Assembly (NCBI RefSeq): GCF_008065095.1
Contig: NZ_CP042911.1
Span: 510,001-542,000 of the forward strand
From: Gemmata obscuriglobus
GTDB taxonomy: Bacteria; Planctomycetota; Planctomycetia; Gemmatales; Gemmataceae
Direction of reading: 5' to 3'
Length of the DNA: 32,000 nt
The notes beneath the pieces were generated by a model. The model worked only from the letters and a program-made list of their open reading frames with translations. It searched no databases and was not told the DNA's origin. Shown one piece after another: positions 11,252-19,923 of the stretch (its first letter is position 1; every line of letters starts with the position of its first letter). A program made the position numbers and the translations under genes.

Positions 11252-12541
11252 ATGCTCTCCCGCCGCACGTTTCTGGCCGCGAGCGCCGCAGCCCCCCTCG
11301 TGTTCTCCCGCCGCGCCGACGCGCGGGCCGCTAACGACAAGCTGACCCTCGGGTTCATCGGCGTCGGCACGATGGGCCGCGGGCACCTCGGCGGGTTCCT
11401 CGGCCGCAGCGACGTGCACGTGGTCGCGGTGTCAGATGTTGTGAAGGAGCGCACCGACAGCGCCAAACAGACCATCGAGAAGCGGTACGCCGAACAGATC
11501 AAGTCGGGCGCCTACAAGGGCGTCAAAACGTACCCGGACTTTCGCGACCTGATCGCCGACAAGGGCATCGACGCGGTGGTGATCGCCACCCCGGACCACT
11601 GGCACGCCATCCCCGCCGTCCTCGCGGCCCGCGCCGGGAAGCACATTTACTGCGAGAAGCCGCTCACCCAGAACCTCGCGGACGGCCGCTGGATCGTGAA
11701 CGAGGTCGCGAAGGCGAAGGTCGTCTTCCAGACCGGCAGCCAGCAGCGGAGCGAGTTCGGCGGGCACTTCCGTAAAGCCGTCGAGTACGTGTGGAACGGC
11801 CGCATCGGCAAGCTGAAGACGGTCCGCATCGGCGTCGGCGCCGCCGCCCGGCCGTGCGACCTGAAGGGCGAGGAGAAGCCCGCGGGCACCGACTGGGACA
11901 TGTGGCTCGGGCCGGCGCCGGAGCGCGAGTACAGTTCGGTGCTGTGCCCGAAGGGCGTCCACGGCCACTTCCCCGCGTGGCGCGACTACCAGGAGTACGC
12001 CGGCGGGCAACTCGCCGACATGGGCGCGCACCACTTCGACATCGCGCAGTGGGCGATGGGCACGGACACGAGCGGCCCGGTCGAGGTGCTCCCGCCGGAA
12101 AAGAAGAGCGACCGCGGGCTGCGGTTCGTCTACGCCAGCGGCGTGGTGGTGATCCACAACGAGTTCGAGAAGGGGAAGGACGGCAAGGAGATCAAGGCCG
12201 ATTGTGTGTTTGAGGGCACCGAGGGCACCATCCTGGTGAGCCGCGGCGGCATCAGCAGCCTGCCCGACACGATTCTCAAGGAGCCGATCGGCGAGAAGGA
12301 GAAGCGCGTCTACCCGAGCACCGACCATAAGAAGAACTGGCTGGAGTGCGTCCGCAGCGGGAAGGAAACCATCTGTCCGGCCGAGACCGGTCACCGCTCC
12401 GCGAGCATCTGCCATCTGGGTAATATCGGCTACCGGCTCAAACGCAAGTTGAAGTGGGACCCGGCGAAGGAACTGTTCGTCGGCGACGAAGCGGCGAACA
12501 AGGAACTGTCCCGCGAACCGCGGACGAAGTGGAAGATTTGA
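11252..12541 (+). CDS. Gfo/Idh/MocA-family NAD(P)-dependent oxidoreductase with a Tat signal
   Basis: ATG 11252 gives 'MLSRRTFLAASAAAPLVF' (twin-arginine signal). Rossmann motif 'LGFIGVGTMGRGH'. Family motifs 'AVVIATPDHWHA' and 'GKHIYCEKPL'. Confidence 0.9.
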   Translation: MLSRRTFLAASAAAPLVFSRRADARAANDKLTLGFIGVGTMGRGHLGGFLGRSDVHVVAVSDVVKERTDSAKQTIEKRYAEQIKSGAYKGVKTYPDFRDLIADKGIDAVVIATPDHWHAIPAVLAARAGKHIYCEKPLTQNLADGRWIVNEVAKAKVVFQTGSQQRSEFGGHFRKAVEYVWNGRIGKLKTVRIGVGAAARPCDLKGEEKPAGTDWDMWLGPAPEREYSSVLCPKGVHGHFPAWRDYQEYAGGQLADMGAHHFDIAQWAMGTDTSGPVEVLPPEKKSDRGLRFVYASGVVVIHNEFEKGKDGKEIKADCVFEGTEGTILVSRGGISSLPDTILKEPIGEKEKRVYPSTDHKKNWLECVRSGKETICPAETGHRSASICHLGNIGYRLKRKLKWDPAKELFVGDEAANKELSREPRTKWKI

Positions 12542-12543
12542 AG

Positions 12544-12590
12544 CCGGCGGACGCGGGGAACGCGGTTGCGCGAGGCCCCGCGTCTGCCGG
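12544..12590 (+). terminator. Stem-loop just after the oxidoreductase stop (15-bp stem with one G-U, 17-nt loop); no U-tract
   Basis: ccggcggacgcgggg (12544-12558) pairs with ccccgcgtctgccgg (12576-12590). It starts 3 nt after TGA 12539-12541. There is no T-run after it, so a terminator role is tentative. Confidence 0.35.
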
Positions 12591-13087
12591 TGGCGCTGTA
12601 ACGGGGGGGACAGCACCACCGATCACTGCAACTGGGTCGCGAACTGGACATTCGCTGCCGACGGACTGGCGATTCGCTGGTAGTTCGCTGGGTGGCTACT
12701 ACCACCGAATCACGCGATGGAGGCCCCATGTGAGAGCCCCGCAGCCAAGCGGGGGCGGGCACGGTGGCGACCGGATCGCAATGCGTATCGTGTTGTAATT
12801 TCGCCGCTTGCGCCGAATCGATCCGCGTGAAGGGGCTTCTTCGCTCGGACGGAAAACCGGTCCCGAACACCACACGCGATGGGACGCGAACTTCTGGAAG
12901 TGCAATTGAGGGGAAATAGGGTGGGGAAATGACCGATGTGCCGACTCTCCAGCCAGCGACCGCCCGGCACCGCAGACATGCGGGCGGCTGTCGCCGCCCC
13001 ACGGTTGCAGTGGCGATCGTGACCGCCGCGGGTATCAGAAACGGGCGCCGCCCGTCTGACCTGGGGTCCGACGGACGGCGCGTTCCG

Positions 13088-14752
13088 TCACTTCTTGAAC
13101 GGGACCGATTCCGTTTGCGGCTTGCCGTCTTCGCCCGCGAAGATGGCCTTCGGGAGCACCCGCAGGTTGAGCCCGAACCGCACCTTGAGTTCCTTCCCGC
13201 CGGTGACGTCGAGCGACGCCGCGGACAGCAGCTTGTCATCCGTACCCAGGGTCCGCTCGACCTCCAAACCGGGGCCGCCGGCCTTATCCACGAACTTCTT
13301 CATCCGGGCCGGGTTGAGCACCACGTCCAGCACCGGGGACTCGACCGGTTTGACCGCCAGCGCGGCCTTCATGGCGGGGACGGGGTCCGCACCGACCACC
13401 ACGAACACCCCGTTCGGCGCGAAGGCGAACGCGAGCGTCGCCTTTTCGTCCCCGAACGGCTTGTTGAAGTCGAAGAAGTCGCGGCCCTCGGGCATTTTGA
13501 ACGTGTGGATGTCGACCTTCCCGAGCTTGTCCGCGTCCCACTTGAACCGGTTGCCTTCGATCGGAACGGTTCCGCTCTCGACCAGCTTCTTGAACTCCTT
13601 GCCCAGCGCCGAGGGGTCGTCGAACGCGACCGCCACGACCAGGTCGTAATCGCCGGTCTTGTTCGGCCCGCGGACCGCGCCGACCACGTCCACCTCGCCG
13701 GTCTTCACGGTGCGGATCAGCCCCTTGAACAGTTCGTCCACGAGGTCCTTGCCGATCGGCGGCGCGCCGGCCTCCTTCTGGGCCGCTTCGATCCCCTTGA
13801 CGGTCGCGGTGCGCAGCTCGTCGTTGAAGAACGGCAGGCGCGTCTTGAACCCGGCGACCGTGTCGGGCGTGAGGAGCGCGGCGAACTTGTTGCCCGTGGG
13901 CTTCCGGGCCGCGATGGCGGTCGCGAGCAGGGTGTCGGGCTTGCCCTTCAGCGTCGCCTCGACCGAGAACTCCCCGGCGGCCACGTCGAGCCCGACGCGG
14001 AGCGCCGCGGACTCGCCCCCGCCGAGCAGGAGCGCGTACCGCGTGAACATCTTCTCGAACTGCTCGATCACGGGCAGAATCAACTTGTTGTCGACGCGAG
14101 TCACCCCGGTAACGTCCGGCCCGTCCTTGCCGTCCAGGCCGAGTTCCTTGCGGAGTTCGGCGATCACGCCGGGGATCGCCAGCTTCACCTCGGGCGTGAG
14201 CCGGTCGAAGTGGAACTTGCTCGCGAAGATGGCCTGGTCGGCCGGGTCGATCACCTTGTTGAGGGGGACGAGGGCCTTCGCGTCGAGCGCCGGTTCGGGG
14301 TTCACGCCGTAGGCCACGTACGCGTACCCGTCGGCGAACTTCATGCGCGCCTTGTGCTTCGGGTCGATCGCCGGCAGCGCGTACATGCCCTTGCCCAGGC
14401 TCTTCGGCGGGAACTCGAGCACCCGGTCGCACAGCTCGACGAAGTCCTTCTCGTTGGTGACCGGGAACGCGATGACCGCGACGGCGTCCGCCGCCTTCGG
14501 CGCGAGCTGAACGTAGCCCGCGATCGGGCGGCTCAGGTCGAGCCCCTCGAACCCCTTGTCCCCGAACTCTTCTTTGATCTTGTCGTTGAAGCCTTTGACC
14601 GCCCGTTCGCCGCCGATCAGGTCGGCGGCGGCCCGCACGTCGTCCAGAACGCGGTTGAGCGGTTGCGTCTGGAACGTGATCGGCGGGTCGGCCGCCCGAA
14701 GGGCGGCGGGCGCCACCAGAGCCGCGGCTACCAGGGCCAATGCGTACCGCAT
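13088..14752 (-). CDS. Secreted hypothetical protein (~555 aa)
   Basis: ATG 14752 gives the signal peptide 'MRYALALVAAALVAPAALRAADP'. The composition is balanced and K/D/F-containing with strong GC3, unlike the Arg-rich shadow ORFs on the other frames. I recognise no domain. Confidence 0.8.
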   Translation of the reverse strand: MRYALALVAAALVAPAALRAADPPITFQTQPLNRVLDDVRAAADLIGGERAVKGFNDKIKEEFGDKGFEGLDLSRPIAGYVQLAPKAADAVAVIAFPVTNEKDFVELCDRVLEFPPKSLGKGMYALPAIDPKHKARMKFADGYAYVAYGVNPEPALDAKALVPLNKVIDPADQAIFASKFHFDRLTPEVKLAIPGVIAELRKELGLDGKDGPDVTGVTRVDNKLILPVIEQFEKMFTRYALLLGGGESAALRVGLDVAAGEFSVEATLKGKPDTLLATAIAARKPTGNKFAALLTPDTVAGFKTRLPFFNDELRTATVKGIEAAQKEAGAPPIGKDLVDELFKGLIRTVKTGEVDVVGAVRGPNKTGDYDLVVAVAFDDPSALGKEFKKLVESGTVPIEGNRFKWDADKLGKVDIHTFKMPEGRDFFDFNKPFGDEKATLAFAFAPNGVFVVVGADPVPAMKAALAVKPVESPVLDVVLNPARMKKFVDKAGGPGLEVERTLGTDDKLLSAASLDVTGGKELKVRFGLNLRVLPKAIFAGEDGKPQTESVPFKK

Positions 14753-14873
14753 TATGGGGACTCCGAACGAGTAATGTGGCACCGATTAGAATACGCGCTC
14801 TGGGCGGCATTTGCCATCTGCCGAAAAGACAAATAGAACCTCGTTGTCCACAATTAACTCTCGGAGAGTTGCC

Positions 14874-15758
14874 ATGCACCCCCGTGCTGCCGAGTACCTC
14901 AAGGGGCTTCAGGACCGTATCTGTGCCGCACTCGCGGCCGCGGACGGGGGCGCAACGTTCCGCGAGGACAGTTGGACCCGGCCCGGGGGCGGCGGCGGGC
15001 GCACGCGGGTGATCGAGAACGGCGCGGTGTTCGAGAAGGGCGGCGTGAACTACTCCGAGGTGTACGGCGAGTTCGCACCGGAGTTCGCCAAACAGATGCC
15101 GGGCGACGGGTTGAGCTTTACGGCGGTGGGCGTCTCGCTGGTGCTGCACCCGCACAACCCGCTGGTGCCGACGGTCCACGCGAACTTCCGCTACCTCACG
15201 CACGGGTCGAAGGCGTGGTTCGGGGGCGGCGGCGACCTCACGCCGTATTACCCGTTCAAGGAGGACGTGGTTCACTTCCACAAGACCTGGAAGCGGGCGT
15301 GTGACGCGCACCCGACGGTCGCCGACTACGCGAAGATGAAGAAGGACTGCGACGAGTACTTCCACCTGAAGCACCGCAACGAGGCGCGCGGCGTGGGCGG
15401 CATCTTCTTCGACTACATGGACGCCACCGAGGACGCGTTCGCGTTCGTGCGGCGAGCCGGGGACGCGTTCGTGGAGGCTTACGTGCCGATCGTGGACCGC
15501 CGGAAAGGGCTGAGCTACACGCCCGAGCAGCGGTTCTTTCAGGAGTACCGGCGCGGGCGGTACGTGGAGTTCAACCTGGTGTACGACCGCGGCACGGTGT
15601 TCGGGCTGAAGACCAACGGCCGCACGGAAAGCATCTTGATGAGCCTGCCGCCGGTGGTGCGGTACATCTACGATTACACGCCGGCCCCGGGCACGCCGGA
15701 GGCCGAGTTGACCGGCTACTGGCTCCGGCCCCAAGACTGGGCCGCGATGGACGGGTGA
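14874..15758 (+). CDS. hemF: Oxygen-dependent coproporphyrinogen III oxidase
   Basis: ATG 14874 follows GGAGAG. Diagnostic HemF motifs: 'FEKGGVN.S.V.G', 'GVSLVLHPHNPLVPTVHANFRY', 'WFGGGGDLTPYYP', 'RGVGGIFFDY', 'RGRYVEFNLVYDRGTVFGL'. Confidence 0.93.
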   Translation: MHPRAAEYLKGLQDRICAALAAADGGATFREDSWTRPGGGGGRTRVIENGAVFEKGGVNYSEVYGEFAPEFAKQMPGDGLSFTAVGVSLVLHPHNPLVPTVHANFRYLTHGSKAWFGGGGDLTPYYPFKEDVVHFHKTWKRACDAHPTVADYAKMKKDCDEYFHLKHRNEARGVGGIFFDYMDATEDAFAFVRRAGDAFVEAYVPIVDRRKGLSYTPEQRFFQEYRRGRYVEFNLVYDRGTVFGLKTNGRTESILMSLPPVVRYIYDYTPAPGTPEAELTGYWLRPQDWAAMDG

Positions 15759-15804
15759 TGCGAAGGGGGGCGGCGCCGCGCTTCCGGCCGCAGAACCGGG
15801 CGAC

Positions 15805-16929
15805 TCAGAAGTACGATTCGAGTTTGCCGCGCCGGCGCACGTCGAGCGTCGCGCAGTGGAACGAGCCGCCGAACGGCCCGAAGTGGTCGAAGTGGATCGG
15901 GACGGGAGTGAAGCCCCACTCCTCCAGCTTGCGGATGAGCTTGTGCTGTTGGGCGTCCACCACCACCCGCTCGTGGTCGAGCGACAGAACGTTCATCGAC
16001 AGCCACTGGCTGCTGAACTGCGGGGACGCCATCGGCGATTCCGGGTCGTAGGTCGGCCGCGGGGCCTGGAGTATGTCCCACTTGCGCAGGCACTCGGGCA
16101 GCTCGGCCACGTTGATCCAGTCCGGGTTCACCAGCACCTTGCCCGGCGCGAGGGGCACGAACGTGGTGTCGATGTGCAGCGGGGTCGCGCACCGGGTCTT
16201 GATCTCGTGGACCCGGAACCCGGAGCCCAGGTGGCGGCGCACCCACTCGATGCCCAGGGCGTTGGTGGCGACGCTGCGGATGACGAACAGGTCGCGCCCG
16301 CACCGCACGAAGTCCGCGGCCTCCCAGACCGGTTCGAGTTCCGTGATCGGGTACCGGCGGGGTTGCCCTTCGGGGTGGATGCGTTTGCCGGTGTCGGCGC
16401 CGGCGGTGCGGCCGTTGTGGTCGTACAGGGCTTCGCGCAAGGCCGGCTTCGGTGCCGACGTTAGCCGGGCGCCGGCGCGGAAGTAGTCGGTGAACAGTCG
16501 GCGGTACGCGAGCGGCTCGAAGTGCCGGTGGCGCATCGGGCTGGCGCACTCGATGATCTCGTCGCCGACGACGAGGAACAGGTCGCGCGGGTTGGCCGTG
16601 TTCCACCCGCTGCGGCACTGCCAGAAGGGGGTGGAGTAGCCGACGTTGTGGGGGAACGGGTCGGGCCGGCGCACCGTCACGCCTTCGCCCCGGAGCACGC
16701 CGACCAGCTCTTCGAGTTGCTCGTGCGCCGCCTGCACCGACTCCTCTTCGACCAGGACGCCCTGGTAATGCCAGAGCCAGTCCGGCTCGCCGGCGGCGGC
16801 GAGAACGGGACCGCACTCGGGGTACGTCGCACCGAGTACAGTGCCGACGATCACCTCCTCCAGCGGGTCCCACTCGTTGAACGATTGCACGACGGGCGCG
16901 GGCGCCTTGTCGGTACGAATGTCGGGCAC
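15805..16929 (-). CDS. Amidinotransferase of the glycine/inosamine-phosphate amidinotransferase family (AGAT/StrB1/CyrA-like)
   Basis: 'SFNEWDPLEEVIVG' at the N-terminus, 'TPLHIDTTF', and the C-terminal 'GGSFHCATLDVRRRGKLESYF', which closely resembles the catalytic-Cys end of AGAT as I recall it. Confidence 0.88.
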   Translation of the reverse strand: MPDIRTDKAPAPVVQSFNEWDPLEEVIVGTVLGATYPECGPVLAAAGEPDWLWHYQGVLVEEESVQAAHEQLEELVGVLRGEGVTVRRPDPFPHNVGYSTPFWQCRSGWNTANPRDLFLVVGDEIIECASPMRHRHFEPLAYRRLFTDYFRAGARLTSAPKPALREALYDHNGRTAGADTGKRIHPEGQPRRYPITELEPVWEAADFVRCGRDLFVIRSVATNALGIEWVRRHLGSGFRVHEIKTRCATPLHIDTTFVPLAPGKVLVNPDWINVAELPECLRKWDILQAPRPTYDPESPMASPQFSSQWLSMNVLSLDHERVVVDAQQHKLIRKLEEWGFTPVPIHFDHFGPFGGSFHCATLDVRRRGKLESYF

Positions 16930-17065
16930 GCGGCGGCCTCCTCGTTCGGCGAATTCGTCCCTCGATCGGAGCCCAATCTAACGGTGCCGGTGCGGACACG
17001 CAATGAGCTACCGGTATCGAGGCGCGCGGCGCCACGCGGCGATGTCGAAGGCGTCCGTAACATAG

Positions 17066-17131
17066 CGGAGCGCGCCGGGTGGGTGAGCAAGAGACCGCAT
17101 TGGCCCTTGCTCACCCACCCGGCGCGCTCCG
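17066..17131 (-). terminator. Perfect 26-bp-stem hairpin (14-nt loop) 33 nt downstream of the S46 peptidase stop; terminator-like or REP-like
   Basis: cggagcgcgccgggtgggtgagcaag (17066-17091) is the exact reverse complement of 17106-17131. There is no clear U-run on the minus strand. It lies between two co-directional minus-strand genes. Confidence 0.4.
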
Positions 17132-17163
17132 AACGCTCACCCGACCGGTCGGCTCGGGTTCGC

Positions 17164-19281
17164 TCAGCCCTTCTTACCGGTCAGCTCGTCGGCGAGGTCG
17201 TTGGCGTCGTAGACCTTCCGCAGCGCCTCGACGATCCCGCGGCTGTCGACCGAAACCGCCCGGGCGGTTTCTTGGTCGAAGATGAAGTCGAGCACCAGCG
17301 ACTGGATGTTGCCGTCGAAGATCAGGCCGACCACCTCGGCGTTCTGGTTGATGACCGGCGACCCCGAGTTCCCGCCGATGATGTCCGCGGTGCAGACGAA
17401 GTTGTACGGGGTCGCGAGTTCGAGGTTACCCTTCTTCGCGGCCCACCGCTGGGGCAGCTCGAACGGCCCCTTGTTGTGCTGCTCGGCGGCCCGCTTGTAC
17501 AGCCCGTCGAAGGTGGTGAACGGGGGCACGTCCTTGCCGTCCTCCTTGTAGCCTTTCACCGTCCCGAACGCCAAGCGCAGGGTGAACGTGGCGTCCGGGT
17601 ACACGTTGTCGCCGTCCATCTTGAACTTGGCCTTCGCCAGCGCCGCGTGCGCCTGCCGCTTCGGCTCGTCCACCTCGTTCTCGAACCGCTTGCGGAGCTC
17701 ACGGGACGGGCCGTCCACCAGCCGCGCCAGCTCGATCATCGGGTCCTTCAGCGCCGCGAGGTCGGCCGCCTTGCCGCCCTTCGCCGCGGCCTCGATCTGG
17801 GCGAAGATGCTCTTCCGCACCTCGGGGTCGCGGACCTTCGTACCGCTGATCAGCTCGTACGCGCGCTCGCGCGGCGACTTGCCGTTCAGGACCTTCTTGA
17901 CCAGTTCGGCGTCCGGCCCAAGGGTGACTGCCAGGAACTGGAGCCCGTCCGCCAGCTTCAGGGTTTCCAGGTCCTCGAAAATCGGCTCGTCGGAGAAGAG
18001 CTGGAACTTGAGCGACTGGAGCCGGGCGTCGGCGAACTCGCGGAGCCGCTCCGCGTTCGGCTTCGGCAGCTCTTCGGACGCGCGGAGCAGGGTGCGGGCG
18101 ATGCCGAACGACGCGGAGTTGAACCCGCCGGCGTTCTCGAGGACGGTCATTTCTTTGATGAGTTCGGTGCGCACCTTCTCGGCCTTGGATACGGCGTCGA
18201 ACGCCGCTTCGACCTTGGCGATGTTGGGGTCCGAGCTGAGCTTAATGAACTCCCGCAGGCGCTTCTCCTCGGCCTCCTTGCGGCCCATCAGCTTCGGGTC
18301 CATCAGGCCGGCGAGCCCGCCGATACGTGCCTTGCGGCTGTTCTGGATGCTGAACAGCTCCTCCTCCGCCCGTTGGGCGTTCTGCTCGCTGCGCCCGCCC
18401 CACGCCTGGAGCATCACCTCGAGCCGGTTCAGCCGGTTCAGCAGGTACGGGTAGCCGGTGTCGCGCAGGTACTTGAGCTCGTCGACGGTGTTCGCGCGGT
18501 TCGTGCGGCCCGGGTGCCCGGACACGAACACCAGTTCGTCGCTTTTGGCCCCGGCGGCGCTCCACTTGAGGTAGTGCTCGCACTTGATCGGCTTGTCGTT
18601 CTCGTACACCCGGAAGAAGCACACGTCGAGGTCGTAGCGCGGGTACTCGAAGTTGTCCGGGTCGCCGCCGTAGAACGCCGCCTGCTTCTCGGGCGCGAAC
18701 ACGATGCGGATGTCGGTGTACTGCTTGAACGTGTACAGGTGGTACTGGCCGCCCGCGTACAGCGTGACCACGTCCGCCCGGATGTTCTTGTCCGGGACCG
18801 CGGCGCCCTTCTCGAGTTCCGCGATCTTGGCGGTGCGCTTCTTGAACGCTTCAGCCGGGGCGGTGCCGGCCGGTACCGCCTGCTCGACCTGCTCGGTCAC
18901 GTCCGTGATGGCGATGAGGACGTTGAGCTCGAGCCCCTTGCACTTGATCTCTTCGGCGTGCGTCTTGGCGTGAAACCCGTCGCGGAGGTAGTTCTTCTCG
19001 GGCGTGGACACCTTGTCCAGGTCGCCGGCCCCGACATGGTGGTTGGTCATCACGAGCCCGTCGGGCGAGACGAAGCTCCCCGACCCGCCCGAGTTGAAGC
19101 GCACGCTGGAGAGGCGGACGTGCTCGAGCCACTTATCGGTGGGGGTGAAGTTGTACTTCTTGAGCTGCGCGAGGGGCGGCTTGCTGAACAGCCACATGCC
19201 CTCGTCGGCCTGGAGCGTGTCGGACGTCATGAGGAACCCTATCAGTGCGGCGGGCGCAAGTGCGAGGGAGCGCAGGCGCAT
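17164..19281 (-). CDS. Secreted S46-family dipeptidyl-peptidase (DPP7/DPP11-like)
   Basis: ATG 19281 gives a signal peptide followed by the mature N-terminus 'DEGMWLF', typical of S46. Catalytic regions are 'VMTNHHV' (His) and 'DIIGGNSGSPVIN' (Ser). Confidence 0.92.
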   Translation of the reverse strand: MRLRSLALAPAALIGFLMTSDTLQADEGMWLFSKPPLAQLKKYNFTPTDKWLEHVRLSSVRFNSGGSGSFVSPDGLVMTNHHVGAGDLDKVSTPEKNYLRDGFHAKTHAEEIKCKGLELNVLIAITDVTEQVEQAVPAGTAPAEAFKKRTAKIAELEKGAAVPDKNIRADVVTLYAGGQYHLYTFKQYTDIRIVFAPEKQAAFYGGDPDNFEYPRYDLDVCFFRVYENDKPIKCEHYLKWSAAGAKSDELVFVSGHPGRTNRANTVDELKYLRDTGYPYLLNRLNRLEVMLQAWGGRSEQNAQRAEEELFSIQNSRKARIGGLAGLMDPKLMGRKEAEEKRLREFIKLSSDPNIAKVEAAFDAVSKAEKVRTELIKEMTVLENAGGFNSASFGIARTLLRASEELPKPNAERLREFADARLQSLKFQLFSDEPIFEDLETLKLADGLQFLAVTLGPDAELVKKVLNGKSPRERAYELISGTKVRDPEVRKSIFAQIEAAAKGGKAADLAALKDPMIELARLVDGPSRELRKRFENEVDEPKRQAHAALAKAKFKMDGDNVYPDATFTLRLAFGTVKGYKEDGKDVPPFTTFDGLYKRAAEQHNKGPFELPQRWAAKKGNLELATPYNFVCTADIIGGNSGSPVINQNAEVVGLIFDGNIQSLVLDFIFDQETARAVSVDSRGIVEALRKVYDANDLADELTGKKG

Positions 19282-19923
19282 GGGTGCGAGTCTCCGGCGA
19301 AAGGGAACAGGCGCGAGAACGGAGAGACGGCGGGTCGGCCCGCGGCGCCGCCCGTGTGGGGCACTGTTATAGTGCGCCGGTGGGGAGAAATGCACTCGCG
19401 ACGGGCGCCGGGTTACGAGTCCCGGCACGGGCAGACGCGCGGTCGTCCCGCGCTGCGACCCGTTTCACACGCACGGCACCACTCGACCGCGCGTTCGGCG
19501 CGAATGTCACGGCTTGACGGAAAACTCCTCTTGTTGTTTTGGGTTTCCAGTTGCTCTTATGTGTCGCAATCGGGTTTTACGTGCTGTCGGCGGTGCACGG
19601 GAACAGTTCCTTGCAGACCGATCCGGCTGAGAAGAGCGTATAATGCCGGTGGACAGTCGGGCCGAAGTGTTGCGTTTGTGAAACGGTGCGGCGCTGCCCG
19701 CACATTCCGCACGGCTTGCCACGTCGCGCGACTGCGACGCGGAGTAGAATCGGTTAGCGGATTGTGTTTCCCTGGCACGGGCCGCTATTCTAGCGAGTGG
19801 CGCGATTCCTGCTGTCGGGGTTACTCCCAACCCGCGGCCAGCGGCCCAAACCCGAACGAGCCGCCGTTTTCGGACCCGGTCGGTCCTCCTCTCCATGAAC
19901 CGACCCCAGCCGGGAGCCAAGTC

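Noticed and set aside
10851-11334. ORFs 10851-11147 (-), 10907-11419 (-) and 11014-11334 (+) spanning the 37-bp palindrome
   Set aside because: Both strands give the same mirrored peptide ('FLWHRHSCLC'), which is an artefact of translating a perfect inverted repeat. There is no coding bias.
12699-12979. Short ORFs (68-89 aa) in the 12542-13087 gap
   Set aside because: There is no RBS. The composition is Arg/Cys/Pro-rich and the GC3 bias typical of real genes here is absent.
12929-15734. Long overlapping ORFs 12929-14836 (+) and 13284-15734 (-)
   Set aside because: Both are Arg/Gly-rich shadows of the secreted-protein gene (13088-14752, minus strand) and of hemF. They have no signal peptides or motifs. 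The chosen frames have balanced composition.
19611-19644. Sigma-70-type promoter call at TATAAT 19639-19644
   Set aside because: The -10 hexamer is perfect, but the only TTG-containing -35 candidate (ttgcag 19611-19616) is 22 nt away. Planctomycete promoter rules are uncertain. It is kept only as a remark in a finding, not as a feature.
19773-19787. Sigma-54-like TGGCAC motif upstream of the E1alpha gene
   Set aside because: The -12 element is missing. The sequence reads TGGCACgggccGCTA, with GC two positions off the consensus TGGCAC-N5-TTGC spacing.
16522-19923. The first ~1134 codons of the 1511-aa plus-strand ORF 16522-21057
   Set aside because: This part is antisense to the amidinotransferase and S46 peptidase genes and has Arg/Gly/Val-rich nonsense composition. 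Only the last 377 codons (from ATG 19924) show E1alpha motifs.
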